A DNA stretch of 64,000 nt, from positions 2,170,001 to 2,234,000 of the forward strand of contig NC_089430.1 in NCBI RefSeq assembly GCF_026210795.1. The letters are read 5' to 3'. This stretch comes from Rhizophagus irregularis (Eukaryota). A program made the translations under genes and the position numbers. The stretch's first letter is position 1. Each line of letters begins with the position of its first letter. Below are positions 11,120-25,175 of the stretch, piece after piece. The notes beneath the pieces are model-generated. The model had not been told where the DNA came from. It was given only the letters and a program-made list of their open reading frames with translations, and made no database searches.

Positions 11120-14100
11120 CGTAAACTTTGAAATTTTCTTAACATCATTAGTCAGGTATATTTATCAAATTTTTTATTAAAATTTTTTTTTGGACCATTA
11201 TAGTTTAAAATTCTGTTTAACGATAATTTTTGCTGGTAGGGTTTAAAACTTTAAATTATTTAACACCTCATTTGATTTAAAATGAGTTTTTTTTTGCCTA
11301 TGATAATTAGTTGAATTTCTTTTTAATAAGACTTTATTAATCAAAAATGGAAGTGCAAAAGAGGGAGAATAGGAATAATATTAATAAATAGAATTGTAAT
11401 TTGTAATTATCTCTTTTATTTAATTTGTATTCATTTTCCATTTATTAATAATTATTTAATTATTAATTAAATAAAGATTTAAACCTAATTTTTGGAGCAT
11501 AATAAAATTAATAATAAGAGAGAATTAATGATTGTATAATTGAAAAAATGTTCATAATTATATTCTGGCAACCCTATAAAGACAGTTTGTACACAAATAA
11601 TATTGAATACATTCAGAAAATGTACAAAGGAGTCATTATTTGTCTGTAAAATAAACAAATTTTTGCGATTGTATATTATTGGTTATAAAAATTGTATGAT
11701 AATTGATCATTTATATGTACAATAAGTGAACAATAACAAATATTGTGCAAACTTTGTACAAAATAAAAACCATTCTGTCTACAAATTATATAATAGCTGA
11801 CATTTTTTCACATTTGTACAATAATTAATAATACAACTATTTCAATTATTCACTATATGGTTACTATTGGAGACAACAAAAAAAACCACCTGAAATAATA
11901 ATAATAAATAATAGTGAAATTATAAAAAAAGCTTAGGATGGAATCTGGAGGACTCGTATCTGTATATTAAATTTCATAAAATATTTTCATGAACTGAATG
12001 GTCATGCACAATTAAGATAATAAATTATTTAACCTTAAAAGTTCTTAGCTATCAGTGCCTATTTTTTTGATTACCATATAATAATCCTGTAATGTATATT
12101 TTGTAATAATTGACAATATAATTGCTATTATAATTTAATATATATTAAAATACCATATTACAATAAAATGTAAAAAAATAATAATTTTGTAATATATGAC
12201 AATTATCCTTTTATATTAATTACAATAATAATATTAAATATCATACTTGTTAATAGACTTATTAATATATATGTTATTAAATATGATATTTACATGACAT
12301 GTCAAAAATTCCTATTAATATTATTTAAAAAGCATTATAAAATACTACCAAAAAAATCACCACTGATAGCAAAGTTGGTTCCTTTTAAGGTTCATCATTG
12401 TGAAATAATGTTTGATTTATTCACAATATCTGCTGGATACAACTAATACAACTAATTTTCCCATCTTTACTTTTTCTGAACTTGATATAAATGTTTCATA
12501 CCTTAACACATTAATAGTTTGCGCACTGGTAATGATTTTACTATTCCAAGTTTAGTTGGAATTTTTAAGTCAATTGTGTATTTATCCCATTTATTAATAA
12601 TAGCTTTAGTGTCTTCATTATTGTTTTGAGCGATAAGGATATTTTTGACAGCTTGATGAATAAGTGCACCAATTGTATCATCTTTTCTTAACTTTACTAA
12701 ATTAGTTGCTTACTTGCTTTTAAATGCAAATGAAGTGCTTGTTGCCATGCATCATCAATAATAAATTCTGTTAATTCATCATATGGTTCTTCTGCCCTAT
12801 TTTGTTAATATTTATTAATAATTATTAGATGATGAGCCTATAAAAAATAGCAATTACTTATTAATATATTGAATATGAACCTTTCATATACTGTTTGAAC
12901 TCGTTCACAAGCTTTATAACAGACAAATGGAATTTGTATTGGTAAGTGTTGAACCATCCAGCAATATCTTTAGCTAAACTTTCCAATCTTGTGCTGATTT
13001 TGTATACTCAAACAATAGTGTTTTTTATTGTATTTTATTGCTTGAAGAATCTAAAAAAACAATATGAGTAAAATAATAGAACTGGTTAAAATTTTAATAT
13101 TTTTTGCAGAACCAAATATTAATGAATTTATGTAACATATTTTTAGTTGATAATTCTTTTGGAAAAACCATAAAAACATGTTAAAAAAATATTTTATGAT
13201 TTTTTTTACTTACTAAATTTTCGCTTAGGACATCTTTATTACTATTTTATAAAAATTTGATATTAACATAAATATAAATGAAATAAAAAGCTTATACAAA
13301 AAAATAAATAAATAAAATAAATAAAATAAAAAATAAAAAATTGTCAGCCAAAATAATTAAAATTTCTTTTAAAAAAGACTTACATCATTCAATCATCTCC
13401 CCAATTGTTAATATTTCCTAATATAGGGATCAAAGATTTTATTTTAATCTGTTTATATATACTGATGCAATTGCAATATCAATATTAATAAATAAAGTTA
13501 GTTTTTTTATTTAATACTGGCATGGTCTGTCAATAGTCAAATTAGACTAATATACTAATATTTGACTTTGCCGAATATTTGCTGAAACTGCCTGATCAGC
13601 GAAAGATAGTCAAAAAAGTTAATATTTAAATCTTCTTAGAATCTTTTTGACTTTGATTCCTCTTGGATAAAGGTAAATAAATATATAATTTTATTATTTT
13701 CAAAAAAAAAATTTTCACGAATGGCATTTTATTTGTTTCAACTTCAGTCTGTAAGTACATAGATAAGCTCCTCTGACTTCATTTCAGCTTTGGAAGGCGA
13801 GAGCTTTTTTCAAAATTAAATTTGTAGAAACGTTTTACTAACATTTCTTTTTTTTTTTTTGTAGGAATTACCAGCAATAAGACTTTAAGATGAGAAAAGG
13901 TTGGAACTTTTTTTTATCTTTTCTTTTTTTAATTTAAGAATCATTTTAACATTTCTTTTCATTAATTTTTTTTGTAGGGTTTCGGCTTGAATGAACTAGA
14001 CTTTAAGGTAAGAAATGGAAAAGAGGGAAGGAGTAATTTTATTTTAAATCTAAGAAACAAACTAACGTTTCTTTTTTATTGCTTTTTTTTATAGGATGCT

Positions 14101-15139
14101 GGCTTGGACACAAACTGGACTTTAAGGTAAAAAATAGGGAAAGGGGGAAGGAGGAAGAGGATTTTTTTATTTAAATATAGGAATGAACTAACGTTTCTTT
14201 TTGTATTTTTTTGTAGAACACCAGCTTGGACTATAAGGAGATAATCAGAATTTTCTTTTTATCAATCCAATATATAAATTACCGAAATATGATTAAGATC
14301 GAACCATACTTCACTGAATCCTTATAATTTGAATCCATACGAATGCTAATATTTTATTTAGGTATAATTTTTTTATATGGTAGAAGGAAATAGGAATGAA
14401 TTTTTATATCATGTCAATTCCCCTCATTTACATTATTTGTAATAATAAAGATGTTTTGTCAAACATCAACTTTATTAAACTTTCCCATGTCAATTTAAAA
14501 TCATCACCTCTAATAAGAAATTCTCATGAAATTTGGAATTAACAAAATTAATCAAAATTTTAGGATTTCATACAAACATTTTTTAAACAAAGAGATCAAA
14601 GAATTCCGATAATTATTATTTTAAGAATTTTTCATTAAAATTCGTTTTTTTTTTTGATTTAAATCAAAGATAATTTTTGAGTATGTACGGAAATATCGTA
14701 TGTTTAATTTGCTAAAATTATTTTACCATTTTTTTTCATCAAGAAAAACTTGTACAGTAAAATATTAAATTGAATGTGCATTATATCGCACAAATGATTA
14801 CGTCAGTATAATAATTTAATGAAAGCTAAAATTCATGGTTTTTACTTTAGAAATATTTTAAGGCCCATTTTTCATTTTTCACTTTTAAAGTAAAATTTAA
14901 ATGGTGATCTTATTACGATTCGATAAATTACATCTATTGTAGAGTGTAGAGTTATTTAATAAAATAACAACAAAGACCATCGAGATTAGGTTCCGGCATA
15001 CTTTACAGACAACACGTGGCGTGATGCCTTAGGCCAGAGTTATGTCGTAATGTGGGCCAGGTGATTAATTGTCACGTACTGTGTTGTCGGTGAAAATTTT
15101 TGTTGGTCAAATGTCTTTCAATGAAATGGGGAGCTGCTC

Positions 15140-15724
15140 AAAATCCCAACGATCAGAATCCCGTTATAACACAAGCTCGACGCTCACAAATCATAATCTC
15201 GAAAGTTCAAATCCTGACACTCATTATACCGACACTTATTATCTTCTTTTTTTAATTTTTACATTTTTTTTTTAGACGTAATATTTTTTGTAATACTTTG
15301 TGGCGATTATTAATATTACTTATTTTGGAGAGTTGGAAATAATATACCGAAGGAAAAAAACCCCTAATATTTTCCCGGTCATTCATAAGCTCAGCTAATC
15401 ACTCCGCAATTTTTAAAACACTTAGTGCGACAGGGGATTATTTCTATTCAATTATTTAATAATTTTAAAAATACAATAATATAATTTTTTTAAAAATATT
15501 TCGATGTTTTTATTTTAAAAAATTATATTTTTATTAATATTTAATAATTTTAATAATCAAACTTCGCTTATTAATAAAATAAAAATGTAATGTTTGTATA
15601 TAAAGATATAATTTTTTTTTTTAATAACGGGATTATTAAGTGTCGGGATAATTGAGTGTCTGGATTTTGAAATTTGATTTGTCAGAATTGTGAGCTCATA
15701 ACGGGATTCTGATCGTCGAGATTT
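15140..15724. mobile_element. MITE with long imperfect TIRs
   Basis: CGATCAGAATCCCGTTAT...GACACTCATTATACCGACACTTA on the left is inverted against TAAGTGTCGGGATAATTGAGTGTC...ATAACGGGATTCTGATCG on the right. Confidence 0.6.
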
Positions 15725-16759
15725 CCTCATTTTTCGTCCGAAAAAGGATTTCTCCGTAGTTAAGATAATTTTCACAATTTAAGACCTTCCCCATAGTTAA
15801 TATAAAATCCCCCTACTAACATATGATTATGTAATTTTTTTTTAAATTGAAAATTTCGCATTATTGCCATTTTAATTATTGATTTTAAATTTTTTCATAT
15901 TATTTTTTTTTTAAAAAAAACATTCAATATATTACAAATAATTGATAATTATCGATTTTAATTGAATATTTGGTTTATGATCGAAAAAGTTAATCTATCA
16001 ATATGCTTTAAAATAAATATTCAATAAAAGACTAGACTAATTATTAATATATTTTGTTTTGAAAAATTTAATACGTAACTTATTTGTAAAGTAAATATAA
16101 ATTCTAGTTGTTTGATTACGACATTGGCTATATATATAATTATGATAACATAAGTATAGGAACATAATTAGAGTATTAAAAATTAAATTTGGTATATACA
16201 TAGTAGTAATTTTAACATGTGCTAAAATTATACGTGTTGAGATAAAATCAAAATGGTGGAAAAACTGGAAATATGATTTTTAATGTAACTCAGGAGATTA
16301 AGACCGAGCTATTGATAATTACGTTTTAACGAAACATTAACAATATTCATATCTATTCATAGTATAAAAAAATAAATTATAAATTAGTTCATTATGGTTA
16401 AACATGACATTTTATAATAATTATTTTTTAACCATAATTGAGGTTCGATCATGTCGGCAAATTGGCTTGTCGGCAAATCAAGTTTTTTTATAAGGAAACA
16501 CGTAAATGAAAATTGCAGAAATTTTCAGTCAATTAGTTTTTTATTACATAACAAGCAGGATAATATATGAGGTAAAAATAGGATTAATCCATATTTTATC
16601 GACCAGGACGGTAAAATTATAATATAGATAATGATAAATATATATATATATATTGTATTAGAAATTAAAAATAACATTAATAAAACTATCAAAGTTAATT
16701 AAATAAAAGGTCTTCTTAAAGAATATAAAGCAAATAAAGCTAACTAAATACAAATAATT

Positions 16760-17134
16760 TTAACTAGGGTTCTGGCAATATGACATGTCTTGTTGATTAA
16801 AATGCCAAGTAGCAACAGTTCCGGTAAATTTAAAACAGGTATCTGAGTTAAATGGTCCTCTATTTTTTGTTTCTCTCTTGCTGCCCATAACCTTTGCGTG
16901 AAGGTAATATGGATTAGCTTGTATGTCTCGAGAATGAAAAGTTACACTTGGATCTCCATTTTCGCAATTCAACCATCCGGTAGTCATTACAGTATTACCA
17001 TAATTATCTGTAGCCCAAACTTTACATTGCGAAAAAAACACAAATATACCGAAAGTAGAATTAAATGCTTCAATTTGTTCAATTGCTATAATACAAATTA
17101 TGGCAACAACGGTTAAAGGAATGGAAATTTTCAT
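16760..17134 (-). CDS. Small secreted cysteine-containing protein, 124 aa, effector candidate
   Basis: Intact intronless ORF. Hydrophobic N-terminus with a probable cleavage after IEA. Four Cys in the mature part. Coding-like composition in AT-rich flanks. Confidence 0.8.
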   Translation of the reverse strand: MKISIPLTVVAIICIIAIEQIEAFNSTFGIFVFFSQCKVWATDNYGNTVMTTGWLNCENGDPSVTFHSRDIQANPYYLHAKVMGSKRETKNRGPFNSDTCFKFTGTVATWHFNQQDMSYCQNPS

Positions 17135-17595
17135 ATTGTATTTTATGAAATTTGCTTAGGATTTTTTTTTTTAATAAAAAATTTTCTTGCGTTATTGTCA
17201 GATTATATATATTTTTTGGTATCTAAGTATGTAATCAAAAAAGTCTCCTTTTTCATATGTTATTTATCATATTTCATCCCTATAAAAATGAAATGTGTTA
17301 AATTCATTTTATTTTGTTTATGTGTAAAAAACGACTATTTTGTCTGATTTATGTCTTATTACAAAAAAAAACCGAAAAAGGAATGTTTGAAAAAAAAAGA
17401 AAGAAAAAATCGGAAAAAAACTGAAAAAAATTTGAAAAAGGAAATAAACATCAAAAGAATTTTTTTTAATTATATACTAGATGATCAGTCCAAAAAACAA
17501 AAAGACTGGAAAAGAAAAATTAATAATAAAAAAAGGGGAAAAAGATTTTAAAAAAAATATTCGGTCTTAAAGAAGGACCGAGGGAAAATAACTTA

Positions 17596-17888
17596 CAGCT
17601 GATTTCACAATGTACGGGACATTTAGCAAATTTTAAAGAACTCGGAATTATTCGGTAAAGTTCAAAATAAAGATAAAATTATACCACCATTCTCGGAATA
17701 GTACGATACTCCAAAATTAGCGTATAATTTTTATTTTATATAAAGCTTACCGAATATTTCCGAGTTCTTTAAAATTTGCTAAGTGTCCCGTACCCTACGA
17801 AACGGGAACCGTGATTTCATTGGGTAACGATCACGTGGCGGTCAAAGTAATTCACGTGATCGGTTTTTTGTCGCTATGAAATCAGCTG
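17596..17888. mobile_element. Tc1/mariner-type MITE with a second MITE nested at 17615-17790
   Basis: Outer element: TA|CAGCTGATTTCA...TGAAATCAGCTG|TA. Inner element: TA|CGGGACATTTAGCAAATTTTAAAGAACTCGGAA...TTCCGAGTTCTTTAAAATTTGCTAAGTGTCCCG|TA. Confidence 0.75.
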
Positions 17889-19259
17889 TAAAACAAAAAA
17901 TTGATTGGCAGACCGAAAAAAAATCAATTCGAGTTTTCGCGTGCGTTACACTACAGAAGAGTAAAGAATTTTTTAATTATATAAATATATATATATATAT
18001 TTTTATTACCATTCATTATTTTTTTTCTTTCTCGCACTTATCCAGATGTTAAAAAGAAAATGTTAAATAAAATTGATAAAAGTAATTTTATATAAATAAT
18101 ACATTTACCGTATTTAGTTAATATTAGCTAATGCGTTTATTTATTCATTTCTTAATATTTTATAATTTATTTTGATTCATAATACTTTTATTAAAATTTA
18201 CTCAAGAACAAATTAATTAGAAATCATATAACATGCAGTTACATAATAAATGACTAATTTATAATAATCACTTGATGATTAGGTAACAAAACACTGAATT
18301 CCGGTAAAGAATTTTTTATGATAATGCGTCCAATTACTAAAAGTGATGTTAAGAATAATTTAAAGTATTGTGAGTGGTTGTAAAAAGGGCAGTTAGTGAC
18401 ATTTCATCAAAAAATAAAAATTTTTTTTTTTTGTTTAAAAGTATCAATTCAAAATTACTGAGGGAGTCCAATCAAACCCAGAACCTAAAAAAAATATTAG
18501 TGAGAAGTTCTGCATGATAACCTTCCATTATTCCCATTCCTATACCAGAAAGAAATAATCATGGCAATAATACATAAAATATGCAAATTAAAAGCTCTTT
18601 AATAAAACTTTTTTCACAAAATAAAACGTAGTTGATTGGATAATATACGTTATGCTATACGAAATTATTGAATACAATCCACTTTCCGATCCAGTGATCA
18701 ATGCCTATTTCATTGATTAACATTTATTATTAATAACATAAACTTTTGTTTACTGCTTTTTTAATCATGTAATTTGACCGAATTAGTGGTACTGTAGTAT
18801 CAGCTGTAGTATCATTCATAAGAAATGTAAAATAAAATTCGACTTTTTTTTTAAAAAAAAATACATTAATAAATTTTTCTAATATATCATTTCGTTACAC
18901 AAAAAGTTCCAGATCCTGCTCCCTTCCAAAATATTTGAATGATAAATCAAATTTAAAGTTCCGTATGTATACGCCAAAATACTTTTTTAGGATGTTTGCA
19001 TAAGATAGGGATGGTCGCGGTCGCACATATTATTTTCTTATCTAAAATTCACGTGACTTCGATAAGTCTGATTTTTCAACATTATTGTTAAAAAGGATGA
19101 AATAAATAATAGTAATGCACTCATTTTAATCATATTACAATATGCATTGGCTCTAACAGCTTATGTTTCACTAAAAAGAACTCGGGCGTATTTTTTTTTG
19201 ACTCTTTTTTTTTGTTTATAAAAGACAATGTCTCATACCAATATTTTATCTAGAAAAAA

Positions 19260-19718
19260 ATGAAAACAGATATTATAAAACATCTCATTTTTTTAATAAT
19301 TTTAGCTTCGCTTTTAACGGCAAACGCTTTACAATTTTCACAATGCAGCGGATATTATCCAAATCCGGCTAACGTATCACTTTTACCTGATCCCCCCATT
19401 TTTGGGCAGTCTGCAGAAATTTTTATTTCTACAATAGCATATACTACAATCGAAGTTAGTGCATATGTTAATATTCTAATGAGTAATCCTAATTGGGACT
19501 TCCCGCTTATTTATAAACAAAAAATTTGTATGGATAAATTTATTCATCAAACTTGTTCTAAATCAGATATATATTATAGTTTTGATTACAAATTTACTTA
19601 TAACCTCGGTAATCAAACTTCAGCGTTAAAAATTGATATTGTAGCTAAGCTTGTGAATCCAGATAATAATATTTTAAGCTGTATCAATGGTACTGTTACT
19701 ATACAAGCACCATATTGA
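19260..19718 (+). CDS. Secreted ML (MD-2-related lipid recognition, NPC2-like) domain protein, 152 aa
   Basis: Signal peptide, then FSQC, V.L.PDPP..GQ, a central C...C pair and C-terminal ILSCI.G.V. This is the Cys/Pro pattern of fungal ML proteins, recognised by eye. Confidence 0.75.
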   Translation: MKTDIIKHLIFLIILASLLTANALQFSQCSGYYPNPANVSLLPDPPIFGQSAEIFISTIAYTTIEVSAYVNILMSNPNWDFPLIYKQKICMDKFIHQTCSKSDIYYSFDYKFTYNLGNQTSALKIDIVAKLVNPDNNILSCINGTVTIQAPY

Positions 19719-19825
19719 TAAAAATAAAAATTTATACTAAGCTAAACTATAAATTTATATGAACAACTAAAACAATAATTTTAGTTTTCACATTTGTAAT
19801 TATTTTCATTTCTTGGAGTTATTAA

Positions 19826-21358
19826 TTATGGCTCAGACATTGTATCCCTTGGCGGTTTCATTCCCTTCATTCTTCTTGCCTTATTGTACCTATAAACAAC
19901 AAATACAATAAATCCAAGAGTAGTTACCAGAATAATAATAGGAATAACTATAGTTCTTATAACAGTTGTGTCGGTTAAATAAATTTTATTATATTGCTCC
20001 ACTTCGGTAAAATTTGCATAATCTCCAATTTTATAAATATGAATGTCATTACTAGCTTGTTTGGTAGTTCCTTGACCTAATAAAAGGAATTAAAATGTTG
20101 TTATAGAGAAATGTTTTATATTTATGGCCTAAAAATAATATATATTAACAATATGTACCAAAAGCTATAAACATATGATCATCATGAAATGTCGCAGTAT
20201 GACCTCTATAAGGAGCTCCAATTATAGTTCCATTTCCATGATACCATTCTCGTGTTTTTAAATCTAAGACCACATAATAATTTTCTACTGGTAATTTCGA
20301 AGCTTTAACTCCCCCGAATACAATAATTCTATTATCATTTGCTTTATTAAAATAAGAGTATTTAATCAGGATCCGAGTATCTTAAAAAAAATCATTTAAA
20401 TACTTACTTAAAATAGCTGTATGATAATATCTTTGTTCTGGTGGATTTTTGGTTTCCTATTTTAATATATTATAAGAAATTTGACAAATTATAATTTTAA
20501 CAGTAATAGCAAGTAATCACGTACCCATTTATTCCAATTACAACTTTTAGTATTATAGACATCTAACTTATATTAGTTAAAAGAAAATGTGTTAATCATA
20601 ATACATATAATACCTGTAATAAATAAATAAATAGTTTACAGTTTACGTACGTTGGCCATATTCATTAATCCATTATCACTATTTCCACCAATATAAACTA
20701 TTTCACCAGTATCAGATAAAAAAGTGGCAGTATGTCCCTCCCTCTTAATTATTGTATTATCAATTGTGCCATAAGTCCAATTACTTGTAGTACTATTGAA
20801 AATATTCATGGTGTCATAACGTATATATAAATTATCACCTAACTTTCCTCCTCCTCCACCACCAAAGAAATATATTGTATTATTTTTATTATTATTATCT
20901 GCAACTGCGCTCAAAAATCTTCTCCTTTCAATCTCATTGTTTGGTACATTCATATTTTTCCATGCTAATGGTAATTGTGTCGTATTAAGAATATATACTA
21001 AACTTTCTGTATTTTGAAGAGTACCCATATCTCCCCCAAAAAAGAAAATCGATTCTTTAAATTTACCAAAGACTACAGTTGTTGCTCCATAATGTTCTGG
21101 TACTGAATCGCCCAAAGTTACATTTACAAATGGCAATGAACCTTCGGTATTATTAAATGATTTTGAAATATCAAGATAGAAGAAATCATTTGTTAAAAGG
21201 CTTTCATTATTTTGACCGCCAAGATAATATATTTTCGTTCCAATTAATGCTGCTGTATGAAAAATTCTTCCTTTTGGAACAACATATTGTTGGCAATTTA
21301 TATTAGCAAAGATTTGAAAAAAAGTTATATATAGAATCAAGTGTTTTAGATTTTTCAT
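19826..21358 (-). CDS. Signal peptide + Kelch beta-propeller + single TM helix + short basic tail. Exons 21358-20651, 20566-20525, 20456-20408, 20341-20159, 20076-19826
   Basis: Kelch motifs (R..HTA...KIYYLGG, IFFFGG, IYFFGG, REGHTA...VYIGG, RIIVFGG, RGHTA...FIAFG). GT-AG introns keep the frame. TM segment IVIPIIILVTTLGFIVFVVY is followed by RYNKARR. Confidence 0.85.
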
Positions 21359-22149
21359 TTTTTGAATTTTTTTTTTCTTTTGAAATTAAAGAAATTATAT
21401 ACATAAATTAAATATTATATCAGCTGACAATAAACCAATTGAACCAATTAAACCATGCAACTATGCAACTGCGCTTAAATAATGATCGAATTTGTATTTA
21501 CGTTACATAGATATAAGAGATTGTATTTTTTTTATACTTTTTTATATTCAGGGAAGATTGCATTTAAAATACTAAAAAGGGAACTGATCAATGATCATGG
21601 TTATCAACAATCACATGATTTGCACGAACTTTAATATTTTCGGTTGTTTTGTACTACCGATACTAAATATAGTTTATTTATTCTTATTACTAACTATTTA
21701 TTTATTATTTATTTATTTATATTTATTTATTTATTTTTTATTATAATTATTTTTGTTTTAAAATAAAATTTAAATAACTTTACGAAACTTAAGATGAGAA
21801 TGTAAATAAAAGTGAATAATTTTTGAAGAAACATGTTTATTTAACTTGACTTTAAATATTTCTCGCGACTTTATTAAATATATGTTTCTTTATATTTCCT
21901 TTATCAATTTATTCGATAGTACAAAGTCACGCTACCGAAATAATTAATGGGTGTTTTTTTAATGGTTACGTTGAAGCGTTTAAGAGTTGATTCATTTAGT
22001 TAATATTATTAAGGCATTAATTAATTTAATTAATTCTAAAAATAATCATAAGAAAACAAAAATAATTCCTATAAACGAATTGAACTTATTTCAATTGCTT
22101 TTGTTATTTATATTATACATCAGTTATATTGTATTTACGGTTCGATCAT

Positions 22150-22745
22150 TAAATCACTGGTGATCGTTTCCCTACTGAGTATTTAATAAAATTTCTACGA
22201 ATTTTGATTCCAATAATAATAACCAATGCAATACTTGTTATGGTTCCACCTAAGACAATAGCATATTCTTTTGGGCAGGTCTGGTGGATCTTCGGTCGTA
22301 GACACTTCAGTGATCTCCAATTTTTATAGATAAAAATATCATTAATTGGTTTTTCTATTGAATAGATGCTGCTAAAAAAGAAGGAAAACTATTTGTTAAA
22401 TACCTACGTTCTTTATTGTATTTTCTTTTTAAAAAAAATACTTACCAAAAGCAATGAATAAAAATCATCAATTAAAGTTGCAATATGACCTATACAAGAA
22501 ACTTTATTCAATGAATTCACTATTCCATAATACCATTCTAATGTATTCATATCAGGGCTTATTGGTATTGGTAATATTGGTAACGTAATTTTTATTTTCC
22601 CAGCTCCGCAAATTGGCCTAATTTTACCAATAAACCAATTATTTAAAATAGTATCAAAAACATTTATCAATAAATTCGCCTCTAAAATGATCTTTTTTAT
22701 TATTATTATAAGCTGTTTCGCACAAATAACTTCTTCTTTCAGGCA
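22150..22745 (-). pseudogene. Decayed paralog of the adjacent Kelch-TM gene
   Basis: Fragments INVFDTILNNW, LEWYYG and GHIATLIDDF resemble the neighbouring gene. The frames are broken. Confidence 0.55.
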
Positions 22746-24189
22746 AAATTGTAAAATTGTATATATTTTTTCATTCTAATTTATTCAAGATATAAAAAAA
22801 ATTGTTAAAACTTTTTTCCGTTTATCGCCGCTTTACCATCAAAATTTTTTTTATCAATCAATATTATTGTGAGAAAACTTCATTCCACTTACTTTTAAAA
22901 TAATCGAAAAAATATTATATAATAGATGATTGTATTTTTCATATTGGTCATTTTTTTTTCCTTTTTTTTAAAGAAAAAAAAAATTGATACTTTCGTTATA
23001 TTACTATACTAGGAAACGGGAACCGTGCCGTTTCTGATTCCTGGAGTACTATATATATAGAAATGTATAAATAGCGTAACTTTTGTAAAATATGCAGGAC
23101 AAACAGATATCGTATATGACATATGAATGCATAAGTTGATAATAATGCATTAATAACATAGCTATGCGTCACCTTTCGTTATAATATAGTCCTTCGTTAC
23201 ACTTCGGAGTTCGGACTAATAATATAATCAAACTACGTTAATCGGCTTAAATTTTGTGTAACAAATCTACTTATCTGCATATATATACCGTAGCATGTGA
23301 TAGTCATAAATCTAATTATATATCCGAAATGAACGACCAAAATAAGTTCAATTGAATGAAATATGATGATAATGATTTAAATTTTAGAATTATAAGGAAT
23401 TTTCTCTATAAACATACAGTAAATGAAATTATCAATTGTAGATAACATTCATCATCTAATCAAAATCACACGGGATAAAAAGATAGATAAACTTTATCTT
23501 AAAAGATAACATTAATATCTACGAAATATACGGATTTATTTTCCATATCTGGTAGAATGGAAAGACCAATGTTTCTATTATTCGAAACATTGTCACAATC
23601 CGTTTTTTATATTCCATCTTTTTTCCGTAAAAGGCTCATATCTCCGGAATTAATAACCCTATATTACGGAATTTATCAAATTATTTACATTTTCCATGAA
23701 TGGATCCGTGAAAGGCTCATTTTTACGGAGTTTTTACAGAAATAACGGATAAAATTTTTTATAGGGTTAAAATATGAGTATACAGTAATTATTTGTTTGT
23801 TACTCATCACTTTGGCAGTATTTCATTCAAAGTTGGATCGTTCTGTCCCAAAAGACCGGTCTCTTAGCCAACCGGTTCGGTATTTTAGGCCAGTCTTAAA
23901 GTTTTCAAATTTATTTTATTTATTTTATTTAAAACGGTGGTATAGTTGGGTTGATCATTAATCAGCAAAAACAATGAAATAAAAGTCGCACTAAATTAGT
24001 TTATATTAGCAATGTATAAAATTATCTGAGAGTTTTTTCGTCCAAATTGGGAATTATAGTTAGATTCACCACTATAAAATATTAAAAATGCCGCTTTATT
24101 CTTCAATTCAAAAAATGATTAGTCAAAATTTAATGCATTTCAGGATATTCAGTATAAAAATTCCTCTTGATAGTTTGTTGTTTTAATTG

Positions 24190-24650
24190 GTTATAGTACA
24201 TTTCGTCGAAGTCCATTTCACTGAAACCCATTTTGACGAAGCTATTTCACCAAAGAGAAGCTTTGTAAAATGGACATTTCATCGAATCCTTCGCCCAAAT
24301 CATCCATTTTGTTGAAGAACATTTCACCGAAAATGTTAGTGATTAACATATTTCCTTAATCATTAACAATTTGATACAAAGAAAATAAAAGTGCTCAAAG
24401 AACAAAAATTTTCTTTAAAATATTGTTTCGAAAAGTTTGTGAATATGATGATTTTGTTATCTTTTTTTTATGTATAATAATTCGTTTTTCTTCCCAAAAA
24501 AAGAAAAATTAAAAAAATCCATATTTTCGGCAAAAATGACTTACATCTGTATTCGGGGAAATGGCATTTCGGCAAAATGACATTTCGGTAAAATATCCCA
24601 TTTGTGAAATTGCTTCTGTGAAATGGACTTCTGAGAAATGTCTGAATACC
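24190..24650. repeat. MITE-like element with CATTTCACCGAA-type internal repeats in inverted orientation
   Basis: GAAGTCCATTTCAC at about 24208 is inverted against GTGAAATGGACTTC at about 24618. Many related short motifs lie on both arms. Confidence 0.45.
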
Positions 24651-24919
24651 ACTTTAATTTAAGGATGTCAATCTACCAATTTAAGTATAGGACAGAATTT
24701 ATTGTATTAAAAAATGTGGTCAAAGAATATTAAACCGAGTAAACGACTAAAAAGATATTTTCATGTATATAACAAAGAATATTATTATAATAATCATAAT
24801 AATCTTTAATAATGCGAAGTATATACTTACTTGGGATTTTCTTTATGATGAAATAGATTCTAAAATAAATAAATAAATTTACAAAATATACTTACATATT
24901 AATTTTTTAAAATTTACCT

Positions 24920-25175
24920 TGATATGATAAATTGTTTTCTTGTGGAGATTTTTAGATTATATTCATTTTTTCTGTTTTTCAATTTACTCTCTTTAATTTT
25001 TTTCACATTCTTTTATTTAAGAATATTAAATTTTCGCTATCTTCTTCGTTAAGTTCATCGAAATATGTTCCTAATATTTGAAATAATTCTTTAGCAGTAG
25101 GTGTTTACATTTAATAATCAAATTTGCAATTAATTTAATGGTGTATCTTCAGAAATTTTCGGTCTAAGACTGTAG
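24920..25175 (-). pseudogene. Remnant of a TKL kinase C-lobe
   Basis: The minus strand reads LRPKISEDTP...LIANLIIKC, then after a deletion PTAKELFQIL, matching kinase subdomains X-XI of the intact genes in this window. Confidence 0.6.

Noticed and set aside
12380..13050. Possible decayed coding sequence on the minus strand
   Set aside because: It has multiple stops and no motif I can recognise.
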